34,834 bases of DNA, from positions 1 through 34,834 of the forward strand of contig CAXHZO010000023.1 of the NCBI GenBank assembly GCA_964022095.1, written 5' to 3'. Shown here one piece after another: positions 1-8,422 of this stretch; the first letter of the stretch is position 1, and the number at the start of each line of letters is the position of its first letter. A model generated the notes under the pieces. That model saw only the letters and a list, made by a program, of their open reading frames with translations, searched no databases and was not told the origin of the DNA. The position numbers were made by a program, and so were the translations under genes. Origin of the DNA: an uncultured Arcobacteraceae bacterium. GTDB taxonomy: Bacteria; Campylobacterota; Campylobacteria; Campylobacterales; Arcobacteraceae.

Positions 1-315
1 AAATTAATGTTTGGTAGTGATAGTGCTCCTCATCCAAAACATAAAAAAGAGTGTTGTGGTTGTGCAGCAGGTGTATTTACTTCGCCTATAGCTTTGCAAG
101 TATTAACAGATCTTTTCGAAAAACATGATTGCTTAGATAATTTAAATTCATTTGTATCATTAAATGCACAAAAAATTTACGATAAGAATCCAGTAAAGAA
201 AACTATAAAATTAATCAAAAAAGATTTTACAGTACCAGCAATTTATGAGTTTGAAAATGAAAATGTTGTTCCTATGTATGCGGGTGAAGTTATACCTTGG
301 AGCTTAGAAGATTAA
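1..315 (+). CDS. pyrC: Dihydroorotase, C-terminal part (5' truncated by window)
   Basis: FGSDSAPHP...[11 protein letters not shown] motif of homodimeric dihydroorotases; frame open from base 1. Confidence 0.93.
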   Translation, partial: KLMFGSDSAPHPKHKKECCGCAAGVFTSPIALQVLTDLFEKHDCLDNLNSFVSLNAQKIYDKNPVKKTIKLIKKDFTVPAIYEFENENVVPMYAGEVIPWSLED

Positions 316-321
316 AAACGA

Positions 322-1416
322 TTATTTCGTTTTTTCTTCTAATAGTCTTTCGATTGTATCTTTTCTAACTTTAGCTTTTTCTTCTCTATCTTTTCTCATT
401 TCTCTTAGAACATCAAGTGTTCCTTGTTTTTCTCTATCTAAATTAGATTTTATTTGAATTGCTTTTCTATTATTTGAAATACCAGAAACTGCTGAGAATT
501 TTTCTTTTTTATTTATATATATTTTTGCTGATGATGAGTTTGCATTTTTATTGAAAACTATAACATCATCTACTTTTAATCCTAAGATATCTTCAGCTGT
601 TAGTTCTGTTTCTGCCATTATAGAATCTATATTCATTCTAGCCCCAGAAATTAATGTCTTGATATCTTGTTTTCTACTTGATTTTCTATTTTTACCTTCA
701 CTAAATACCTTTTCTACAATTTTTGTAAGAAGTGGTTCAAAGTATGATATAGGATAACATATAGATAAAAATCCAGACTCTTCATCTACTGTAATTTCTA
801 AAACTACTAGAAGTACAATTTCATGATCTGATACAATTTGAATAGCATTTGCATTTGTATCTCTTGATTCTATTTTGAAGTTTAATGTAGATATTTCTGC
901 CCATGTTTTGTGTAGGTTTTTAATAAATACATTATAAAAATGTTCTAATATTTCTATTTCTATTTCTGTTAATTCTCTATTTAGATTATCACTTGTATTT
1001 ATAGCACCAGAACCAAGTAACTCAGCAATAATTTTATGTGAAATAGCAGGGTTACACTCAATCACAACTCTACCTTCTAAAGGTTTAATTGATAAGGTAT
1101 TTAGCGATGTAATTTGAGGAATTGAAAGAATAAATTCACCATATGTCATTTGTTCAATAGAGTATAATTTAACATCAACTATTTTTCTAAGCATTGCTGA
1201 AAGATCTGTAATAAAATCTCTAAGCATTTTATCATGCATTGTATTAAATGCTTTAAATTGCTCTGCTGTGATTCTATTTGGTTTTTTAAAGTCATAAATA
1301 GAGTAGTTTTTCTCTTTTGATATTGGTTTCTCTATTGGAGAACTGTCAATATCTTCACCCTGTTCAGCAATATCTAAAAGTGCATCAATTTCATCTTGAC
1401 TTAAAAATTCAGCCAT
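322..1416 (-). CDS. fliM: Flagellar motor switch protein FliM
   Basis: N-terminal LSQDEIDALL CheY-binding motif, YDFKKP, EQMTYGEFI, SpoA-like C-terminal domain. Confidence 0.96.
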   Translation of the reverse strand: MAEFLSQDEIDALLDIAEQGEDIDSSPIEKPISKEKNYSIYDFKKPNRITAEQFKAFNTMHDKMLRDFITDLSAMLRKIVDVKLYSIEQMTYGEFILSIPQITSLNTLSIKPLEGRVVIECNPAISHKIIAELLGSGAINTSDNLNRELTEIEIEILEHFYNVFIKNLHKTWAEISTLNFKIESRDTNANAIQIVSDHEIVLLVVLEITVDEESGFLSICYPISYFEPLLTKIVEKVFSEGKNRKSSRKQDIKTLISGARMNIDSIMAETELTAEDILGLKVDDVIVFNKNANSSSAKIYINKKEKFSAVSGISNNRKAIQIKSNLDREKQGTLDVLREMRKDREEKAKVRKDTIERLLEEKTK

Positions 1417-1417
1417 A

Positions 1418-2467
1418 TTATCCTCTTACTTCTATATCAACATCTAGCGCACCCATTTCTTTAATCATTTTGATTGTGTCAATGATTTCAGTCATAGGTA
1501 GCTTCATAACTTTCATAGCTCTTACTAAATCTGTTACTGTTGGCGTGCCTTTAGTATTTATCATAGCATTATTTATATCTACTGCTGGCTTGTCTGCAAT
1601 TTTAATATCATCCCCAATATCAACACCTTTATTTATTTTAGGATCTTTCCATTGGTTTTCAGTTAATCCTGATTGTTTAATTCTAAGGGTAAAATTATCC
1701 CTAGCAATTGTAACTGGATCAATTTTGATATCGCCACCTGCAATAACTGTTTCTCTACTCATATCAATAATAAGTTTCTTTTTAAAGCTTGAATCAAGTG
1801 GTATATTTTCTACCATAGATATAAATTTTACCATAGACATGTTTCTTGGTTTTTTAATATCAATAGTTCTAGTATCAAGTGCTTTTGCTAATCTTGTGCC
1901 AAATAAATTATTTACTTTTGTTTCAATCAAATCAGCGGTTTTTGCTGAGCTTTTATATAAACTTAATTCTATAGAATTCTCTTTTGATAAATCATAATCT
2001 ATCTCATTTTCAACCATAGCTCCATCATAAATAAAGCCAGTTGTTAAGTTGTTTTCATTTGCTACAATTGTACCTTGTGCAAGGGCATATACTTTTCCAT
2101 CAACACCTTTTAATTGTGTAATTAAAAGTTCTCCATGATCAACTGACTTTGCATCACCAATTGTTGATACTTTTACTTTTATTTTATCACCTTGTCTTGA
2201 AAAAGCAGGAAGCTGACCTGTTACCATAACTGCGGCAATATTTTTAGAGTTAATTGAGCCAGATGGAATTTTTATATATGAGTTTCTAAGTAGGTTTTGT
2301 AAACTTTGCATGGTGAATTTTGCTTTGTCCCCAGTTCCTGCAAGTCCAACTACTAAACCATAACCGATAAGTTGGTTATCTCTAATTCCAATTATATTTG
2401 AGATGTCTTTTACTTTTTGTGAATACAAAGATGAGAATAGCAGTATAAAAATTAATAAATATTTCAA
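1418..2467 (-). CDS. flgI: Flagellar P-ring protein FlgI
   Basis: Signal peptide; GIRDNQLIGYGLVVGLAGTGD, NIAAVMVT, VYALAQG; TTG start with AGGAGG RBS. Confidence 0.97.
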   Translation of the reverse strand: MKYLLIFILLFSSLYSQKVKDISNIIGIRDNQLIGYGLVVGLAGTGDKAKFTMQSLQNLLRNSYIKIPSGSINSKNIAAVMVTGQLPAFSRQGDKIKVKVSTIGDAKSVDHGELLITQLKGVDGKVYALAQGTIVANENNLTTGFIYDGAMVENEIDYDLSKENSIELSLYKSSAKTADLIETKVNNLFGTRLAKALDTRTIDIKKPRNMSMVKFISMVENIPLDSSFKKKLIIDMSRETVIAGGDIKIDPVTIARDNFTLRIKQSGLTENQWKDPKINKGVDIGDDIKIADKPAVDINNAMINTKGTPTVTDLVRAMKVMKLPMTEIIDTIKMIKEMGALDVDIEVRG

Positions 2468-2495
2468 GTAGTATCCTCCTTTGTTAATTGAAATT

Positions 2496-2529
2496 ATTTT
2501 ATCGAAAATTTAATAAAAAAAGGTATAAT
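2496..2529. promoter_or_regulatory. Back-to-back sigma70-type promoters for flgI-fliM (minus strand TAAAAT, 2496-2501) and the plus-strand flagellar operon (TATAAT, 2524-2529)
   Basis: -10 hexamers on opposite strands in the 94-bp divergent intergenic region. Confidence 0.55.
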
Positions 2530-2561
2530 CTACAAATAAAATTATTTTTAGGGTTTCAAAT

Positions 2562-3695
2562 TTGGATATTTATATTTATGGGAATAGTGGATTTAAAAAA
2601 GAAATTCATGCAACTCTAGATCATGCTAACATAAAATTTAAACTTGATGATAATACTATTATTAAAGATATAAATACTTTAGAAGAGTTAAAAGATACCA
2701 TAAAAAATAACCCTGATAATATATACTTAATTGATGATGAAAAAATCATAAAAAAGAATTCTAAAATAAAGTTTTTAACGCCTAAAGATGGCATTGAGGA
2801 GACTTTCTTACTTGATAATGGAATACCAGATGTTTCTGTTGATTCTTTTTCTGATATTCCAAAATACATTATTCGAAAACATGATGAACAAAAGAGTTTA
2901 GATGAAGATATTCAAAACTCTATAATTGATATTGTTGATGAAGCATATGAAAGCGATACTAAAAGTTCTAAAAGTGAAAAAAATATAGATGATGATATTG
3001 ATGTTTTTGATACAGAAAATATAGAACTTGATGATGAATTATCTATGCTTTTATCAAAAGAAGAGGATAAAAAAGAGTTAGATGATTTAGATTTAGATAT
3101 AAATTTAGATGATTTAGATGATATTTTAAAAGATGATTCTATAAAAGAAGATGATTTAGAAGATACACTAAATGATGAAGAGTTTTCAAAATTAATGAAC
3201 TTTGATGAAGATGTTGGTTTAGAAAATACTTCTTCTGATTATGACTCTGATGAAAATATTGTTAGCGAAGATGATAAAAAAGAAAAAGTTGAAGACTTAG
3301 AAAATCATAGTGTTCAAGCACAAGAAAATGAGATTGATGATTTAGATGACTTTTTACAAGATTTATCTAGCGAAGATTTACCTAATTTTGATACAATAGA
3401 TGAAGATGAAAATAGTGAAATAAAAACTGAAATACAAGAAGAAATTTCTGAACCTTCAAAAGGAGATAATATGGCTAGTGAGTTTTCTGAACTAGATGCA
3501 TTAAGTGAAAGTGATGTTTTAGACGCCTTAAGTAATTTAGATGATACCTCAAGTAGTACTACAGCTGTTAGTAAAGCTTCTTCAGTTGAAGAAAAAATAG
3601 AATTACAAAGCTCAAATATTAATGAAATAAGTACATTAATAACTCAACTACTGAAAAATAAAACTTTAGAGATTACAATCAAGATTAAAGATTAG
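2562..3695 (+). CDS. Highly acidic protein with receiver-like N-terminus; probable ChePep-like polar chemotaxis/flagellar scaffold
   Basis: N-terminal beta/alpha pattern ending YLIDD, long D/E-rich low-complexity middle, C-terminal LLKNKTLEITIKIKD; first gene of flagellar operon; architecture matches Campylobacterota ChePep as I recall it. Confidence 0.55.
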   Translation: MDIYIYGNSGFKKEIHATLDHANIKFKLDDNTIIKDINTLEELKDTIKNNPDNIYLIDDEKIIKKNSKIKFLTPKDGIEETFLLDNGIPDVSVDSFSDIPKYIIRKHDEQKSLDEDIQNSIIDIVDEAYESDTKSSKSEKNIDDDIDVFDTENIELDDELSMLLSKEEDKKELDDLDLDINLDDLDDILKDDSIKEDDLEDTLNDEEFSKLMNFDEDVGLENTSSDYDSDENIVSEDDKKEKVEDLENHSVQAQENEIDDLDDFLQDLSSEDLPNFDTIDEDENSEIKTEIQEEISEPSKGDNMASEFSELDALSESDVLDALSNLDDTSSSTTAVSKASSVEEKIELQSSNINEISTLITQLLKNKTLEITIKIKD

Positions 3696-3697
3696 TA

Positions 3698-3958
3698 ATG
3701 GATTTATTGTCAATTGCTGAAAATACAGTAAAGATTATTTTAATACTAGGATTACCTTCACTTTTAGTTAGTATGGTTATTGGTTTATTAATCTCTATTT
3801 TTCAAGCAGTTACACAAGTTAGTGATGCATCATTAGCATTCGTGCCTAAAATGATTTTTGTATCAGCTTTTATTTTGATTTCTCTTCCTTGGATTGGTGA
3901 TCATATTGAAACTTATACAAAAGATTTATGGGATTTGATTTTAGTTTTTGGTAATTAA
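3698..3958 (+). CDS. fliQ: Flagellar export protein FliQ
   Basis: 86 aa, two hydrophobic helices, GLLISIFQAVTQVSDASLAFVPK. Confidence 0.96.
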   Translation: MDLLSIAENTVKIILILGLPSLLVSMVIGLLISIFQAVTQVSDASLAFVPKMIFVSAFILISLPWIGDHIETYTKDLWDLILVFGN

Positions 3959-3960
3959 TT

Positions 3961-4365
3961 ATGATTCAAAAACTTTATAATTTAAAAAAAACACAAACAG
4001 ATCAAATGCTCATGCAAAAAGGTCAATTAATGACCCAAATTGAGAAAATTGATTCAGAAATTTTATTGACAAAAAACAGTATTGATACAGCAACTGTAGA
4101 AAAATTTGGAGCAATTTCAGATTTTACTATTTTAACAATGCATAAAAATACTATGCGAGCTCACATTAAAAAACTACAAGAGAGAAAACATGTTTTAAAC
4201 TCTCAAGTTGAAAAATTAATAGATCAAATAGTAGAATTGCAAAAAGAGCAAGAACAGTTTGGATACTTGCTGGAAGAAGAAAAAAAAGAAGCACTTAGAA
4301 AACTTTTACTTGCAGAACAAGAAGCTTCTGAAGAGTATATTCAAAGTAAATATATTAGTGGATAG
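3961..4365 (+). CDS. fliJ: FliJ-like flagellar export protein (two-helix coiled coil)
   Basis: 134 aa coiled-coil pattern with EQEASEE-type C-terminus; directly upstream of a MotE-like gene, as for fliJ in other flagellar loci. Confidence 0.65.
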   Translation: MIQKLYNLKKTQTDQMLMQKGQLMTQIEKIDSEILLTKNSIDTATVEKFGAISDFTILTMHKNTMRAHIKKLQERKHVLNSQVEKLIDQIVELQKEQEQFGYLLEEEKKEALRKLLLAEQEASEEYIQSKYISG

Positions 4366-4376
4366 AGGATTTTATA

Positions 4377-4859
4377 TTGTATAGATTTATATTTATAATT
4401 TTAATAGCAGTTTTTTCTTACGCTCAAGAAGAAACAATTAGCTCTTTAACAAAAGAAAAATTAGAAGTTATTGCTCTAAAAAAAGAGCTAAATGATTTTT
4501 ATAATCAAAAAGAGAAAGAGTATAACGAAAGAAAAAAAGAGCTTGAAGATATACAAGTTAAAATAGAAAAAGAGAAAAAAGATATACAGGCAATACATGA
4601 TAAAAATCTAGCTCTTTTACAAGATATTGAAAATACTGTTGAGAGCAAAACAGCAAAAATTTACAATGGAATGAAGCCAAAAATCGCAGCATCAATTTTT
4701 GATGAAATGATAAACGAAGGCAAAATTGATGATGTTTTTGATATAATCTTAAAATTAAAAGAAAAAAAAGTTACAGCACTAATGAAGTATTTAAGTGTTC
4801 AAAGTGCGATGATAATTACAGAAAAACTTGAAAATTTTAGTGCAAAGGTGAAGGAATAA
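4377..4859 (+). CDS. MotE/FlbB/FlgY-like periplasmic flagellar protein (coiled coil + MgtE-N-like domain)
   Basis: Signal peptide, coiled coil, AKIYNGMKPKIAASIF motif; TTG start with GAGGA RBS. Confidence 0.75.
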   Translation: MYRFIFIILIAVFSYAQEETISSLTKEKLEVIALKKELNDFYNQKEKEYNERKKELEDIQVKIEKEKKDIQAIHDKNLALLQDIENTVESKTAKIYNGMKPKIAASIFDEMINEGKIDDVFDIILKLKEKKVTALMKYLSVQSAMIITEKLENFSAKVKE

Positions 4860-4860
4860 T

Positions 4861-5391
4861 ATGGCAGAAGAAGAAAAAGAAGAAGTAAAACAATCTGGAG
4901 GAGGAAAGGGATTAATAATAGTATTAATCGCTTTAGTAGTAATTTTATTACTAGCAGTTGTAGGTGGAGGTTATTTCTTATATTCACAAGGTGTGCTTAA
5001 TCCAAACCAAACGCAGCAAGAACAAGTTACAAAAGAGGATGGATCAAATGATTCAGAAACTTTTAAAGCAGATATCAATGATTTAGTTTTAAATATAACT
5101 AACTCTAAAGGTAGAGAAAAGTTAATGAAATTATCTTTTTCTATAAAAAGTAGTGAACCTTCAATTGCTGCATTAATTGAAGAATATAAAGCAGAAGTTA
5201 TTGATGTAGTAATTGCTCAAATAAGTGCAAGAAGTTCTGAAGAGTTATTAACTGTTGGTGGTAAAAATTTATTAAAAGATGAATTAATCTCAGATATAAA
5301 TAACGTACTAAATGAAGTTACTGCTTCTAATGATGATGTGAAAAGAGATAGCGTTCAAAAAGTTCTATTCACTTCATTTGTAATTAAATAG
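4861..5391 (+). CDS. fliL: Flagellar basal body-associated protein FliL
   Basis: Single N-terminal TM; LVLNI, ELLTVGGKNLLKDELISDIN, VLFTSFVIK. Confidence 0.94.
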   Translation: MAEEEKEEVKQSGGGKGLIIVLIALVVILLLAVVGGGYFLYSQGVLNPNQTQQEQVTKEDGSNDSETFKADINDLVLNITNSKGREKLMKLSFSIKSSEPSIAALIEEYKAEVIDVVIAQISARSSEELLTVGGKNLLKDELISDINNVLNEVTASNDDVKRDSVQKVLFTSFVIK

Positions 5392-5397
5392 TAGATT

Positions 5398-5826
5398 ATG
5401 ATAGTAGCTGTAAAAAGAAATAAAAAACAGAAGTTTTTCAAAATTGCTTCTTTGTTTTTAGTAATTGCAATGTTCATTGGGTACTATTATTATATGAGCG
5501 CTGAGTTTGAAGAGAAACAAAAAATTGAACTTGAGCAAAAAAAAGCAATGGAAATTGAAAAAGAAAAACAAGCTACTATGCAAAAAAACTTTGAGAGAAC
5601 GCTATTATCAGAAATTGAAAAAGCTGTAGATTTAATAGGTCAAGCACATGTAAAACATGTAAAAATAATAGAAAATAAGTTAGTAATTATATGTGAACCT
5701 GATACTAATTTAGAAGCCTTAATGGTTAGATATGGAACTATGGCTTTAACTAAGAAAACATTAAATGAAATTATCATTGCAATTGATATAAATTATGTTG
5801 TAGAGAGTAAATTAAATGCAAGTTAA
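5398..5826 (+). CDS. Hypothetical single-pass membrane protein in flagellar operon (TM + coiled coil + small alpha/beta domain)
   Basis: Basic N-terminus, TM FKIASLFLVIAMFIGYYYY, EK-rich coiled coil; overlaps flgH start by 11 nt. Confidence 0.8.
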   Translation: MIVAVKRNKKQKFFKIASLFLVIAMFIGYYYYMSAEFEEKQKIELEQKKAMEIEKEKQATMQKNFERTLLSEIEKAVDLIGQAHVKHVKIIENKLVIICEPDTNLEALMVRYGTMALTKKTLNEIIIAIDINYVVESKLNAS

Positions 5827-6514
5827 ATACTTATTACCAATCGCAAGCTTAGTTTTTTTTACAGCTTGTAGTGCTACTAATCAAAATGAAATAGTATTTG
5901 AGAAACCTCTAGCTCAAGTTCCTAAAAAACCACCAGTTGTAAAAAAGAATAAAGGTTCTTTATACTCAATGGAAGGTACATCATTATTTGCTGATAAAAA
6001 AGATTTACAAATTGGTGATATTATTCAAATATTAATTGATGAAGAGTTAGACTCTAATTCAAATAATAAAAGAGAATTAAGCAATTCAAGCAATACAAAT
6101 CTAGGTGGTGGAGTTTTTACTTCAACAGGTGGAGGTGTTGTTGGTAGTGTTGCAAATGAACTTAATAGAAATGTTGGTGTTGGGTTTGGAACAAATAGTG
6201 CAAACAGCGATGCTGGCTCAGTTAAAACTCAATTTGAAGAGACTTTTTCCACTACAATTTCTGCAATAATACAAGAGACATATCAAAATGGAAACTATTA
6301 TATTAGAGGTACAAAAGAGTTGTTAATAGAAGGACAGAAACAAAAAATTATTGTTACGGGTGTAATTAGACCTTATGATATTACTTCTGATAATTCTATA
6401 AACTCATCTCAAATTGCTAATTTAAAACTTTTATATGATAAAGATGGTACAGAATCAGATATTCTTGAAACACCATGGGGAACAAAGTTACTAAGAAGCA
6501 TTTGGCCATTTTAA
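5816..6514 (+). CDS. flgH: Flagellar L-ring lipoprotein FlgH
   Basis: Lipobox FFTAC; LFADKK..IGDII, NGNYYIRG, GVIRPYDI, C-terminal PW...WPF. Confidence 0.96.
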   Translation: MQVKYLLPIASLVFFTACSATNQNEIVFEKPLAQVPKKPPVVKKNKGSLYSMEGTSLFADKKDLQIGDIIQILIDEELDSNSNNKRELSNSSNTNLGGGVFTSTGGGVVGSVANELNRNVGVGFGTNSANSDAGSVKTQFEETFSTTISAIIQETYQNGNYYIRGTKELLIEGQKQKIIVTGVIRPYDITSDNSINSSQIANLKLLYDKDGTESDILETPWGTKLLRSIWPF

Positions 6515-6521
6515 TCTAATT

Positions 6522-6543
6522 TTAAGAAATGTAATGCAATAAT
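6522..6543 (+). promoter_or_regulatory. Putative internal sigma70-type promoter for flgK-fliD (TTAAG-N11-AATAAT with TG extension)
   Basis: Same TTAAG-N11-(-10) spacing as upstream of fliS and the DAHP synthase gene; -10 is imperfect. Confidence 0.4.
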
Positions 6544-6570
6544 TGAGAAATTATTCTGAAAGGAGTCTCA

Positions 6571-8412
6571 ATGCTAAATTCTATAAACGTATCAGGTTCA
6601 GGACTTAATGCTGCAAAGACAGCTGTTGAAAATGTATCAAATAATATAGCTAATGAGAGTACTCCTGGTTATAAAAAAAGAGTAGTACAATTAAGTGAAC
6701 TAGAACAAATGGACACACGTTTTACAGGACGTGGAGTTGATGCTAGTAGTGCTTATAGAATAACTTCTCAATATATGTTTGATAAGCTTCTTTCAGAAAA
6801 CAGTACAACTAATTATTATGATAAATTATCAAATATGTTAGGTAGTGTAGAAACAATGTTTTCAGAAACTGATTCAAGTGGTTTTTCTGCAGACTTAAAT
6901 AGATATTTTCAATCTGTTGAAAACTTAAGATCAAACCCTAATTCAGAAGTATACAGAACAACAATGACATCTCATGCAAATGCTTTAGTTGATTCTTTAC
7001 AAAATCTTTACAGCTCAATTGAGCAACAACAAAAGTTAGAAAAAACTGAGTTAAATGAAAATGTTGATATCGTAAATAGTATATTATCTGATATTGGTGT
7101 AGTTAATGAAAAACTTGGCCAATTAACTGAATCTTCTAATGATTTATTAGATAGAAGAGATCAACTAGAAACACAACTTGCTAAATATGTAGATATTGAA
7201 GTTGATAGAACTGATGGAGACTATGAGCTAAAAGTTGCAGGTATGGTAGCTGTAAGATACAATACAAATGTAAGAGAATTAGCTGTTTCTGAAGAAAAAA
7301 TTAATCAAACAGATAAATATGTAAAAGATAACAATAATAATGAATCAATAATTGAATTCTCTGATGGAGCATTTGACAATACTGATACATTATCATACAA
7401 ATTAAATAATGAATATGAAGTTTCAGTAACATTTGGTGAAACATTTACTGATGTTGAAGGGAACAGTATTACTGTTGGAAGTAATAACTATATTAGAGCC
7501 TTAGCTGCAAAAATAAATGTAGATCCAAATATGCAAGATTATGTTAGTGCATATAATGGTACTAGATTTACTGATGCTGCAACTGGTGAGTTAATTACTG
7601 ATGATACCCAAGATAACTATTTAAGAGTAGAGTCTAAGGTTTCTGGCTTAGAAGGTTCATTTGAGGGAAGAATATCTCTTCTAGAAAATAATGCTTCTGG
7701 TGATCTTATTTCAAGGGATTCATTTTATAAAGATGATTACCAAAGTGCAGAAGCGGAAGATAGAGTTTTCCTTTCTATTTATGATCAAGAAATTACTCCT
7801 AAAAATGGTATATTAAAAGCTCAAACTGAAAATTTAAGTTCTGATAATTATAGTAATAAATATCAAACATATTTAGATCAGCTGGACTCTTTTGCTCATA
7901 CTTTAGCTGATTTATCAAATAGTTATATTCAAACAGGAACTGATGAATATATTTATGGTGAGAATTCTAGTGAAAAAATTGATGCAGGAACTATTAATGA
8001 ATTAGGGTTATTTACTGGTTCTAGTGTTGAGGATCTAACTTTTAATGCAAGTAGAGTTAATGATTTAAACCAACAAGATTTGGATTATTTAGCTACTTTA
8101 CAATGGAAAAAAGATATCTCATTTACAGGAAAAGAGCAAGATAGCTCATTAAACGAAGTTAGTTCTTTAGCTGAGTATTTTCAAAATATAAAAGTAAATG
8201 TCTCTTCAGATGTTGAAACTAATGATTTTTTATTAGAGACTCAAGAAAATGTTGAAATATCATTAAAATCTTCATATGACGAATTAGTAAAAGTTGATAA
8301 AGATGAAGAGATGATAAATCTTATGAAATTTCAAGCTGCATATACTGCAAATGCAAAAGTAATTACTGCAATTGATGAAATGATTCAAGTATTACTTGGT
8401 CTTAAAAGATAA
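6571..8412 (+). CDS. flgK: Flagellar hook-associated protein FlgK
   Basis: SGLNAA...SNNIAN.STPGYKKR; NDLLDRRD; C-terminal VDKDEEMINLMKFQAAYTANAKVI. Confidence 0.96.
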   Translation: MLNSINVSGSGLNAAKTAVENVSNNIANESTPGYKKRVVQLSELEQMDTRFTGRGVDASSAYRITSQYMFDKLLSENSTTNYYDKLSNMLGSVETMFSETDSSGFSADLNRYFQSVENLRSNPNSEVYRTTMTSHANALVDSLQNLYSSIEQQQKLEKTELNENVDIVNSILSDIGVVNEKLGQLTESSNDLLDRRDQLETQLAKYVDIEVDRTDGDYELKVAGMVAVRYNTNVRELAVSEEKINQTDKYVKDNNNNESIIEFSDGAFDNTDTLSYKLNNEYEVSVTFGETFTDVEGNSITVGSNNYIRALAAKINVDPNMQDYVSAYNGTRFTDAATGELITDDTQDNYLRVESKVSGLEGSFEGRISLLENNASGDLISRDSFYKDDYQSAEAEDRVFLSIYDQEITPKNGILKAQTENLSSDNYSNKYQTYLDQLDSFAHTLADLSNSYIQTGTDEYIYGENSSEKIDAGTINELGLFTGSSVEDLTFNASRVNDLNQQDLDYLATLQWKKDISFTGKEQDSSLNEVSSLAEYFQNIKVNVSSDVETNDFLLETQENVEISLKSSYDELVKVDKDEEMINLMKFQAAYTANAKVITAIDEMIQVLLGLKR

Positions 8413-8422
8413 AGGATAAATC

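Noticed and set aside
1317-1997. 226-aa plus-strand ORF
   Set aside because: Antisense shadow of flgI/fliM; I/S/F-rich composition typical of reverse-strand frames; no RBS
2497-2525. TTCGATAA on the minus strand upstream of flgI resembling a sigma28 -10
   Set aside because: No TAAA at 15-nt spacing (TACC instead); the same bases are explained by an overlapping sigma70 TAAAAT
3078-3165. Repeated GATGATTTAGA-like units resembling a repeat array or CRISPR
   Set aside because: Short, irregular and in frame; they encode the D/L-rich low-complexity protein and have no repeat-spacer periodicity
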